From a virus (lineage: Duplodnaviria > Caudoviricetes): 64,000 nucleotides of DNA. Numbering within the stretch: position 1 is the stretch's first letter; every line of letters begins with the position of its first letter. Below are positions 18,679 to 26,637 of this stretch, piece by piece. The notes below the pieces were generated by a model. It ran no database searches. It worked only from the letters and a program-made list of their open reading frames with translations, and was not told the origin of the DNA. The DNA lies in IMG/VR virus record IMGVR_UViG_3300033069_001247, positions 22,810 to 86,809 of that record; one strand, written 5' to 3'. A program made the translations under genes and the position numbers.

Positions 18679-19062
18679 ATGCCGCAGCAAATGCTCACAG
18701 CTCAGGAAGCTCACACCGTTTTCCACAACAAGGTGTACGCACCAGTCTTCTTCGAGAAGCTGGCCCAGGATTACAACATCCGACCCACCAGCGAAACAGA
18801 GGCGCAAGAGATGCTGGTGATGGCATCGCAGTTGCGATCGCTGCATGAAGCAGAAAACGAAAAGCGGGCTGCCAGCCGACCTGATCCAATGGCGATGGCC
18901 CGCAACATCCTCGACAACCAGCTGGCCCAGTATGGTTTCAGCAAGCAGGCTGGTACCGTACAGAACCAGAACCGCGTCAAGCAGTCCGCTGCTGCCGCGT
19001 CGTTTGACTCCGAACTGGCTCACGCCGCCCTGTCCGTGCTGGCACAGCACAACGCGGCGTAA
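18679..19062 (+). CDS. Small head-module protein
   Basis: GGAGG RBS before ATG 18679; KRAA and KQAG motifs. Confidence 0.72.
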   Translation: MPQQMLTAQEAHTVFHNKVYAPVFFEKLAQDYNIRPTSETEAQEMLVMASQLRSLHEAENEKRAASRPDPMAMARNILDNQLAQYGFSKQAGTVQNQNRVKQSAAAASFDSELAHAALSVLAQHNAA

Positions 19063-19135
19063 CCCCATTCGCGACACACGCAACCGCAGTTCCTGATCGA
19101 GATACTCGTGGTACTCAGCCACATGGAGGTTCAAA

Positions 19136-19498
19136 GTGCCTGTTAACCCATCTGCTGAAGAACTCTACACGACCGTAGAGAATATGACCGACTCCGAGCG
19201 GACCTGTGGGTTCCTCGGGCCTCGCGGAATGACCCTGGCGCCCGGTGAGATCGTTCTCATTCCGGGTAACCTTGTTGCGACTCTGGGTGCCGAAGCGGCT
19301 CGCGGCAAGCGACGCCGGTTCGATGGACTGGAGCGTTCGATGAAGGCGGGCCGCATCCGCATCAACAGTACGCCTGCTCCTGTACTGTACGACGCGGAAG
19401 ATGGCGTACCCAAGTCGCTGGCGATTGCTGGCGGTGTCCTGGGTACCGTGGATCCCGACTACAACGAACACGGATCAGTCGCGTACACCCCGGTTTAA
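19136..19498 (+). CDS. Hypothetical virion protein (GTG start)
   Basis: ACATGGAGGTT RBS; lies between capsid and neck genes. Confidence 0.7.
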   Translation: MPVNPSAEELYTTVENMTDSERTCGFLGPRGMTLAPGEIVLIPGNLVATLGAEAARGKRRRFDGLERSMKAGRIRINSTPAPVLYDAEDGVPKSLAIAGGVLGTVDPDYNEHGSVAYTPV

Positions 19499-19530
19499 CC
19501 ACCGTCGCCGTACGATCCTGCTTGTTCATG

Positions 19531-19566
19531 CGGCGATCCGAAACTTTCGGGTCGCCGTTTCTATTT
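19531..19566 (+). terminator. Rho-independent terminator
   Basis: CGGCGATCCGAA-ACT-TTCGGGTCGCCG followed by TTTCTATTT. Confidence 0.8.
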
Positions 19567-19588
19567 ACCGCGATAACCGGATACCGCT

Positions 19589-20629
19589 ATGCCCGTCACA
19601 GCCACGCCGATCGCTGATAACGCACCAGGCATCTGCACCAATGAACCGGTGCTTCCTGGCGGCCGCGCTCCAGCCCCGCTACCTGTGACCTGTCTGAACC
19701 AGCACATCATCGTCCCGCGGATTCCCGCTGACGCCGGGACCGGTAAGACGATCCTCACCAGGACGATGGCGATCGAGATCCGCGGCGAACAGTTCGCCAC
19801 GATCCAGTACGTGATGCGTGACCGCAATGGTAACCCTGTCGACCTGACACACTGTCTGTGTATGCCCGACGGTAGTTTGAGCGCCTCTGCCAGTCTTTCG
19901 GTGGGAGACTGCCCTTGTCAGTACAAACTGGTCTTTCGCCTTAACGAGTACCTCACCGGCGGGCGGGGCAAAGAGTTTAACGTACGCGCTGTTACCCCTG
20001 CGGCGGGTGAAGTTGAAGTCGACCTGCAGCCAGAAGATACCAGGCTCCCTGGTATCTACTTTGGCGAATTCGCCATGATTGAGTGTCATGACGGCGAAGA
20101 TACCTGCGACTCAACAGTGATATTCTCCAATCGCGTGTATGTGCATATCGGACGCAACCTGTGGAACAACCGCATGAACTGCGGTGCCCCAGCTGGCCCT
20201 CCGTCTATCTCGGAAGTCCGCCTGCATTTGCGAGACACGCGGCCCGAGGAGAGCTACCTGCTCGACAACGTAGCGTTCAGTGACGAGGAGATCGCACAGG
20301 CCACTATCCTTCCTGTAGAATACTGGAACGAGGTGCCACCGCCGATCGGCATTTACACTACCGCAACGTTCCCATATCGCTACCATTGGCTCATGGCGAT
20401 CGCTGGTTATCTGTTCCTCATCGTGGCGGAGCAGCAGCGACGCAACAACTTGGCCTACTCCGCGGGCGGAGTACAGGTCAATGACCAGAACCGCGAACCG
20501 AACTACGAGCAGGCGGCCCAGCGCCGCATCACGGAGTTCAAAGACTTCGTCCGGGCCAAGAAAGTGTCAATCAACGTTTCTCAGGCCATGGGCTCCGTCG
20601 GTTCGTCCTACGGTCATCGTCGATTGTGA
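19589..20629 (+). CDS. Head-tail adaptor/neck protein with N-terminal BppU/Ig-like domain
   Basis: RDRNGNPVDLT and GEVEVDLQPEDTRLPGIYFGEF (BppU-like); helical C-terminus EVRLHLRD...FSDEEI...SAGGVQVND typical of connector proteins. Confidence 0.65.
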   Translation: MPVTATPIADNAPGICTNEPVLPGGRAPAPLPVTCLNQHIIVPRIPADAGTGKTILTRTMAIEIRGEQFATIQYVMRDRNGNPVDLTHCLCMPDGSLSASASLSVGDCPCQYKLVFRLNEYLTGGRGKEFNVRAVTPAAGEVEVDLQPEDTRLPGIYFGEFAMIECHDGEDTCDSTVIFSNRVYVHIGRNLWNNRMNCGAPAGPPSISEVRLHLRDTRPEESYLLDNVAFSDEEIAQATILPVEYWNEVPPPIGIYTTATFPYRYHWLMAIAGYLFLIVAEQQRRNNLAYSAGGVQVNDQNREPNYEQAAQRRITEFKDFVRAKKVSINVSQAMGSVGSSYGHRRL

Positions 20630-20642
20630 CAGGGAGGCTATC

Positions 20643-20843
20643 ATGCGTTCTGTGCAAGTTCAGTTCTGTACCGAGCGTGCTTCGGCGAAGTCATTTCGGT
20701 TCCCGCTGCAGACGATCAGGGCGGCAGTCACGGATCTGCGATCACAGGTCCACAGAGCATTGAAAAACTGCTACATCGGTTTCGGCCCCGGTCACAAGGT
20801 CCGAACCCGTCAGCTGGGAGTCCAGGGGCATGCCTCAGAGTGA
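20643..20843 (+). CDS. Small basic hypothetical protein (66 aa)
   Basis: AGGGAGG RBS (same as the protease gene) before ATG 20643; fills an otherwise 200-nt gap. Confidence 0.5.
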   Translation: MRSVQVQFCTERASAKSFRFPLQTIRAAVTDLRSQVHRALKNCYIGFGPGHKVRTRQLGVQGHASE

Positions 20844-22095
20844 AAGCTGGCCGTTTCGACGGCTGATGGTTGATCACCTCTTTCGGGGTACGACACGGGT
20901 GTGGTGGTCATTGGACCCTCAGTTCAATGACCCGGGTCCACACCTGTTTCAATTGCAGGCCGGATACACCGGCAACAATAACGCCCTTGACTGGGTCAAT
21001 ATCGGTACGTCGGCGGTTAATGCTTACTACCTGAACGATGATACGGGTCGTGAACCAACCGGCAAACGGTTGATGACGCATTATCGCGTCGTGCTGACCA
21101 CTCCCCGGCAGCGGTATATCTCCGGCCCACAGGGCATCAACGGTGCTATGCCGGAGAAGGACTGGTTACTGTCTCGCGAGATCCTTCGGAAGGAACGACT
21201 GCGACTAGGACTGGTCAGCCAGAGTGGGTACCTGATCCGCCGTATGCGGTATGGCGTCATCAATCCGGCGAATACGGATTACCTGACACAGGAGATCACC
21301 GACAGTACGCACCCTGCGTCCTGGGGGACGGCCTACAAGGTCGGCTATCATCCACCGGTACTGATCCAGGTCGACTTTGACCCGATCGCCATTACTGAAC
21401 GTCGAGGCGGGGCAGATATCGCGACGAACAACTCGCGACCTGCGGAATTCAATGCTCGGGTGCTGGGGTTCCCTGATCTGGCAAAGGAAGACGTGTGGGT
21501 GGATGCCGCGACCGACCAGCGGTGGGGCGTCGGGGACATCAAGGTGGTGACAGCCATTCGCGGTATCCCGTTGATCTACTCCGTACGGTTCAGCCTACTG
21601 CCGTTCTCGGATGTGGTGTATCACATCCCGGTGACGCAGCTGTCCAGTGATCCGACTGACACCAACAAATTTCAACCCACCGTCGGCACCGGATGCGTAC
21701 GTGTTGATCACGACTACCCGACTGATTCCAACATGGTCTATCAGGCCGGTGATTGCTGTGGAATCACCGGTGCGACCGTCACTGCTTTCTTGAAAAGTGA
21801 CTGGGACAACGGCAACCGGGTTCCTGGTGCTGCCAAGGCAATCAGCCAGACGACGACCAACGGAACCTGGGCGTGGGCGATGATGCTCAACCCCGGGGAT
21901 TATGTGATTCAGTTTGAAAAGCTGGGTGAATTCGGCCCGGATACAATGGAACTGACCGTCGAAACAGCACCGCCACCAACGTTCACTTCACTGGGTAGTT
22001 CGTCAGTCAGTTCCCTCGGTTCGGAGTGGGGCAGCGACTCCGTTCCTGCGAATGTAGACCCCAATCCAGCGGAGAACCAGTTCGGTGATTTCTAG
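20830..22095 (+). CDS. Neck/head-closure protein with Ig-like terminal domains
   Basis: Position; WGTAYKVGYHPP segment resembles large-phage neck proteins; C-terminal prealbumin/Ig-like strand pattern. Confidence 0.55.
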   Translation: MPQSESWPFRRLMVDHLFRGTTRVWWSLDPQFNDPGPHLFQLQAGYTGNNNALDWVNIGTSAVNAYYLNDDTGREPTGKRLMTHYRVVLTTPRQRYISGPQGINGAMPEKDWLLSREILRKERLRLGLVSQSGYLIRRMRYGVINPANTDYLTQEITDSTHPASWGTAYKVGYHPPVLIQVDFDPIAITERRGGADIATNNSRPAEFNARVLGFPDLAKEDVWVDAATDQRWGVGDIKVVTAIRGIPLIYSVRFSLLPFSDVVYHIPVTQLSSDPTDTNKFQPTVGTGCVRVDHDYPTDSNMVYQAGDCCGITGATVTAFLKSDWDNGNRVPGAAKAISQTTTNGTWAWAMMLNPGDYVIQFEKLGEFGPDTMELTVETAPPPTFTSLGSSSVSSLGSEWGSDSVPANVDPNPAENQFGDF

Positions 22096-22146
22096 GCAGG
22101 GTTGCTCATCTGACCCGTGCCCCATATCCTATTTACGAGGTCGAGC

Positions 22147-22335
22147 ATGTCCGACAACCCGCGCAGTACGCAGCAACGCCAGACACACAAGGCGTTTTAT
22201 CCGACGTTGTCGATGCGTGACTATCGACCTGATGAGCAGCAAGTCATGGAAGCACTTGGGAAGGCTCCGATAACGCAAGGAGGCGTCAGTGACCACCACG
22301 CCGGACTGTCCGCAAGGACCCGAAAACCCGGATGA
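22147..22335 (+). CDS. Possible small hypothetical protein
   Basis: GAGG before ATG 22147; fills a gap; overlaps the next gene. Confidence 0.3.
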   Translation: MSDNPRSTQQRQTHKAFYPTLSMRDYRPDEQQVMEALGKAPITQGGVSDHHAGLSARTRKPG

Positions 22336-23011
22336 CGTGGAAGCTCTCTTTCCAGAGGGCTCAAATCCTGGTGTACGCTTCGGTAAGTTATCAGCAGTAT
22401 GTGCCTATGGGTTGACCCAGCTTGTCTGTACGGGTGCCCTACGTCATTTCCTCATCCAACACTTCTCTGACATTCGGAACATCCTGAACGCCACGTTGCG
22501 AGAGCGACTGAAACGAGAGGGTGTTTGGAGTTCGGATCGTAACGAACGCACGGGAATCGTCATTGAGTCCCTGCATCGTTGGACCCCTGAACTCACTGAA
22601 TCGCGACCAGCCATTATCATCAAAGAAGGTACATGGAACTGGGAGCGGAAAGGGATCGGTGACTCGACCGGTGTGGAGCAGCGTACAGGTACGCGGCACT
22701 TCAGCGGTTTCTGGAACGGATCTCACGTATTTTTTGCCCTCGCACAAGAGGCGGCAGAAGCACAGCAGATTGGGACCGAAACCCTGAAATGTCTCCAGTG
22801 GTTCAGTCAGGAAATTTCTGAGCAACTGAACATGCACCGCTTTATCCCCGTCAGCATCGGGGAAGTCGCAGCCCTTCAAGAATCGAGCGAGCATTACGTC
22901 GTTCCCGTGGTCTTTGGATACACGATTGAAGACTCCTGGAAGCTGCAGCCGGAAGCACCACGCCTGAAACGGATCGTGCTCTCCACCAAAGACGTACTCG
23001 CCGGTTACTGA
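22289..23011 (+). CDS. Tail terminator/completion protein
   Basis: AAGGAGG RBS with GTG start; directly upstream of the sheath; RPAIIIK motif. Confidence 0.6.
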   Translation: MTTTPDCPQGPENPDDVEALFPEGSNPGVRFGKLSAVCAYGLTQLVCTGALRHFLIQHFSDIRNILNATLRERLKREGVWSSDRNERTGIVIESLHRWTPELTESRPAIIIKEGTWNWERKGIGDSTGVEQRTGTRHFSGFWNGSHVFFALAQEAAEAQQIGTETLKCLQWFSQEISEQLNMHRFIPVSIGEVAALQESSEHYVVPVVFGYTIEDSWKLQPEAPRLKRIVLSTKDVLAGY

Positions 23012-23046
23012 ACCATTCCACTCATCGTCCGTACCCAGGGAGGGTC

Positions 23047-25968
23047 ATGATGTCGTCTTACGTGAAACCTGCTGTCCTTGTGTCCCAGGAATTCAACCTG
23101 GCTCCGGCTGAGCTGACTGAGCCCCTGCGAGCACACATCTCCGGACCGAATGCATACCTGCATCGGTTCTCGGTCGCTACCGAAAAGGCGTTGATCGGAC
23201 TGGGTCAGTACGACCGGACCGTCAACACCAATTACCCGTGGCCAGACCGCCACCCCGGTTCACTGGTGGACCAGGCAAGCGTGCGACTCTTCATCGAGAA
23301 CGCACTACTGATGTACTTGGAAGACCTGATCGGTGACGCCTCTGGCGGTCGCGGTACGATCACTCCAGACGCCAACTTCCGCAATCGGATCGTTTCGGAC
23401 AGTATCGCGTTCCGGTCGAACGGAACGGAATGGCCTCGCTCGGGCATCCTCAAGGATCGTGACGTGGAAGTGGGCGATATCGTCTACATCCGCGGTCTTG
23501 ATGGTCCTGAAGAGGACTGCAACGAGTACGAACTCTACACAGAAGTCACCGGGTTCGTATCCGATCCACAGAGCGCCATGGTTGGTGATGTCGTGAATGA
23601 CGACAGCAACCAGGCCACGATCGCGGCTGATGCGGATATCAGTTTCACTGCAGGACAAGCGAACTGTGTAAGCGCCGCCTTCCACGGTTCATCGTCCTAC
23701 TCAGGCCTGGCATCCGGTGTGATGGAAGAGACTTACACCATCGAAGTGGTTAAGTCGAGCGTATCTGGCTGTTCCGCCACGCGTCTGCGGGTCACCAGTG
23801 CCAGCGGTACTGATGATGTGGATGAATTGGATCCCGGGGTAATCGGTAGCACCGTCGCGATCGGTACACGCGGCGTGAAGCTCGTGTTCTCTGTCGGTTC
23901 CGGTATGTGTGCGACGCTGTCAGCCGAAGCGGGTGTTGCCCATGATCAGTTCCTGACTGGTCAGACATGGACGGCAGTCGTTTCGGGTACGTTCGAACGC
24001 ACCTGTGCCGTTGCCAACAACACCTACACCGGTCCGGACGACGATACCTACATCGTTGAAGTGACCAAGGGTGGGCTGTGGAACGCACTCCCTGAAGTGA
24101 CCGTCACCACTGTCAAGGGGCTGGATAGCTCTGGCCCGACGACCGTAACCGATGACAACCTGGCTATCCCTGTCGGGACGTACGGGACCACTATCACCTT
24201 CAAGGACTGCGGTTCGCTGACCGGTTCACTGTCAGTCTCGTTTGATAACGAAACAGGCATGGGTAACAACACCTTGCTGGGTCTGCGTAAGGGCGACAAG
24301 TTCTACATCACTGTTACCAGTGCTGCGAACGGGCCGATCCACACACTGATCTTGCGAGACGACTTGCCGGACGCACTGGTGGGTGCCGAAGATCTGGATC
24401 TGCGACTCTTCATCAAGAAGACCATTGAGGTGACACCTAACCGGTTGTCCGCACCTCCGCTGGTCAACTACGAATCGGAGGCCACGCAGATCATCGTCAA
24501 GTCCGGCATCACCGCCTACGACCAGACCTGGACAGACGGTGGTACTGAACTGCCATTGCCGGTCTACAGCGGCACCGACACCAGTGAACTGTTCGTGGAA
24601 TACCGCGAATGGTTGACTGACGCTACCGGTGAAGTCTACTTCATCGACAGCGTCGCAGAACTGGATCAGGTACCTGGCCAGCTCGACGAGCAGAACCCAC
24701 TCAAGTGGGGCGTATACCGGGCGTTGCAGAACTCGTCGGGTACCCGCGTGGCCTACACCGCTGTGGCGGATCCGGACAGTCTGGATTCGTGGCAGGATGT
24801 GCTGGGCAAGCTGCTGGGTCGTGACGATGTGTACAACTTCTGTCCGCTGACCTACAACCGCGAGGTGCTCAACCTGTTTGCCGCGCAGGCAGGGGCTGAG
24901 TCTTCTCCGGAAGCAGGAAACTGGAAGGCCCTGGTTTGTAACCTGCAGGCCAAGACGGAGGTCAAGCTGGTCGGTAAGAGCACTGCGGATGAGCAGGCCC
25001 TCAAGCCCACGTCGACCGACGGTAACTATGTCCTGGCCACGCTGACCGACAATCCGTCGGCGACAGGGACCCAGTACACGTTGCTGCACGTCCCTGCAGG
25101 CAACTCGGGCTTCATCACCTATGGTGTCAAACCAGGTGATATCGTCCGGTACCTGTTCACGATCGACGCGTTCGGTGAGTCGAGCTACCGCGAATACATC
25201 GTGGACTCTGTGCTGTCACAGGGTTCGCTGGTGCTCTTCAGCGGCAGTTCTGCCCCGATCACCGTACCGCAGAAGGTCGAGATCTGGCGGACACTGAGCA
25301 AGGAAGCCATGGTCGACGATCTGATCGATCAGGCCCAGAGCTTTGCTTCACGACGTGTCGTGGCTACCTGGCCTGACGTGGTGGGGACCGCCGGAAACGC
25401 CCAATCGGGTACGTTCTTCGCGGCAGCCGTGGCAGGGCTGATCTCTGGTGTGGTTCCTCATCAGGGTCTCACCAACGTGCAGATCACTGGCTTTGACGAC
25501 CTGGCCTCGCGTACGAAGGACTTCTTTACGGCTGCTCAGCTTGATCGGCTGGCATCCGGAGGTATCTGGATCGGAACTGAAGACCGTGACGGTACACCGC
25601 ATACGCGGCATGCACTGACCACGGACACCCTGGACCTGGTTCATCGCGAGGAAATGATTCGGCGTAACGTGGACAGTATCAGTTACCTGTTCAGCCGACG
25701 GCTGAAGGGGTTGATTGGTCGGGCCAACGCAACGCCAGCCATCCTCAAGAAGATTCGGTACGAGGTGATGCAGATCATCAAGTACCTGAAGAACAACCAG
25801 TACACCGTGGACCTGGGTCCGCAGCTGATCGATGGTGTGATCGCTACGGACAGTAATGGTGTTGAGATCCTGCGGATTCATCCGCTGGCGGCAGATCACG
25901 TCGAAATCGTGCTCAACCTGACGATGCCGAGCCCGCTGAACAACATCAGTATCCACCTGGTGGTCTGA
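23047..25968 (+). CDS. Contractile tail sheath protein with inserted beta domains
   Basis: N-terminal YVKPAVLVSQEF; C-terminal REEMIRRNVDSISY and DHVEIVLNLTMPSPLNNISIHL; 973 aa; followed by the tube gene. Confidence 0.9.
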   Translation: MMSSYVKPAVLVSQEFNLAPAELTEPLRAHISGPNAYLHRFSVATEKALIGLGQYDRTVNTNYPWPDRHPGSLVDQASVRLFIENALLMYLEDLIGDASGGRGTITPDANFRNRIVSDSIAFRSNGTEWPRSGILKDRDVEVGDIVYIRGLDGPEEDCNEYELYTEVTGFVSDPQSAMVGDVVNDDSNQATIAADADISFTAGQANCVSAAFHGSSSYSGLASGVMEETYTIEVVKSSVSGCSATRLRVTSASGTDDVDELDPGVIGSTVAIGTRGVKLVFSVGSGMCATLSAEAGVAHDQFLTGQTWTAVVSGTFERTCAVANNTYTGPDDDTYIVEVTKGGLWNALPEVTVTTVKGLDSSGPTTVTDDNLAIPVGTYGTTITFKDCGSLTGSLSVSFDNETGMGNNTLLGLRKGDKFYITVTSAANGPIHTLILRDDLPDALVGAEDLDLRLFIKKTIEVTPNRLSAPPLVNYESEATQIIVKSGITAYDQTWTDGGTELPLPVYSGTDTSELFVEYREWLTDATGEVYFIDSVAELDQVPGQLDEQNPLKWGVYRALQNSSGTRVAYTAVADPDSLDSWQDVLGKLLGRDDVYNFCPLTYNREVLNLFAAQAGAESSPEAGNWKALVCNLQAKTEVKLVGKSTADEQALKPTSTDGNYVLATLTDNPSATGTQYTLLHVPAGNSGFITYGVKPGDIVRYLFTIDAFGESSYREYIVDSVLSQGSLVLFSGSSAPITVPQKVEIWRTLSKEAMVDDLIDQAQSFASRRVVATWPDVVGTAGNAQSGTFFAAAVAGLISGVVPHQGLTNVQITGFDDLASRTKDFFTAAQLDRLASGGIWIGTEDRDGTPHTRHALTTDTLDLVHREEMIRRNVDSISYLFSRRLKGLIGRANATPAILKKIRYEVMQIIKYLKNNQYTVDLGPQLIDGVIATDSNGVEILRIHPLAADHVEIVLNLTMPSPLNNISIHLVV

Positions 25969-25979
25969 TCATCTAAGGC

Positions 25980-26011
25980 CTCACGCAACCGGCTTCGGTC
26001 GGTTGCGTGAG
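25980..26011 (+). promoter_or_regulatory. 14-bp hairpin with C(UUCG)G tetraloop between sheath and tube genes
   Basis: CTCACGCAACCGGC-TTCG-GTCGGTTGCGTGAG; weak U tract, so an attenuator or stabiliser is as likely as a terminator. Confidence 0.7.
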
Positions 26012-26084
26012 CGTTTCAGCAGGTAGGTGGGTGACTTAAACCGTTTTTTGGTCGCAAGACCGGTTCTCACAGGAGGTGATTCCT

Positions 26085-26522
26085 ATGTCTGTTTTCCAAG
26101 GAGCACAGACTCACAACGGCAGTTTCCGGGCAGACAGCCTGACCATGCAGATCGGTGGTCTCAGCGTGGCTGGTTGGCTCGTGCAGAACGTCCAGTTCCA
26201 GTATTCGCAGCAGGTCGCGATGCTGTACGAAATCGGTAGCGCGTTCGTGTACTACGTGGGCGGCCGCGCTCAGGGCTCTGCCAACCTGGCCCGTATCGTC
26301 GGTCCTGCAGCCCTGGCCGATATCCTGGTGACACAGTTCAGTGATCTGTGTAATCCCAAGGACATTGAACTGACTGTGGCCAGCGGTTGCGGCAGGGCGA
26401 AGAATCTCATGACGTACACCCTTGTGAACGCGGTGTTGACGACCATCTCAGCCGGGGTCACAGCCCAAGATGTGGTGGTCAACGAACAGCTGCAGTTCAT
26501 TTTCATCGACCTGTACTACTAA
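26085..26522 (+). CDS. Tail tube protein
   Basis: AGGAGGTG RBS before ATG 26085; 145 aa; LVQNVQFQYSQQV...LYEIGS pattern; directly after the sheath. Confidence 0.8.
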   Translation: MSVFQGAQTHNGSFRADSLTMQIGGLSVAGWLVQNVQFQYSQQVAMLYEIGSAFVYYVGGRAQGSANLARIVGPAALADILVTQFSDLCNPKDIELTVASGCGRAKNLMTYTLVNAVLTTISAGVTAQDVVVNEQLQFIFIDLYY

Positions 26523-26567
26523 CGTACTGGTCGCTGGCTGCATCAGCTGTCATACTCGACGCAGTTT

Positions 26568-26604
26568 GGAGTCCCTGGCGAACGTCAGGGACTCCGGGGC
26601 TTTT
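26568..26604 (+). terminator. Terminator-like hairpin after the tube gene
   Basis: GGAGTCCCTG...CAGGGACTCC, then GGGGCTTTT. Confidence 0.6.
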
Positions 26605-26637
26605 ATGGTCCACGATTTACGCCTTCAAAGGTGAGTG

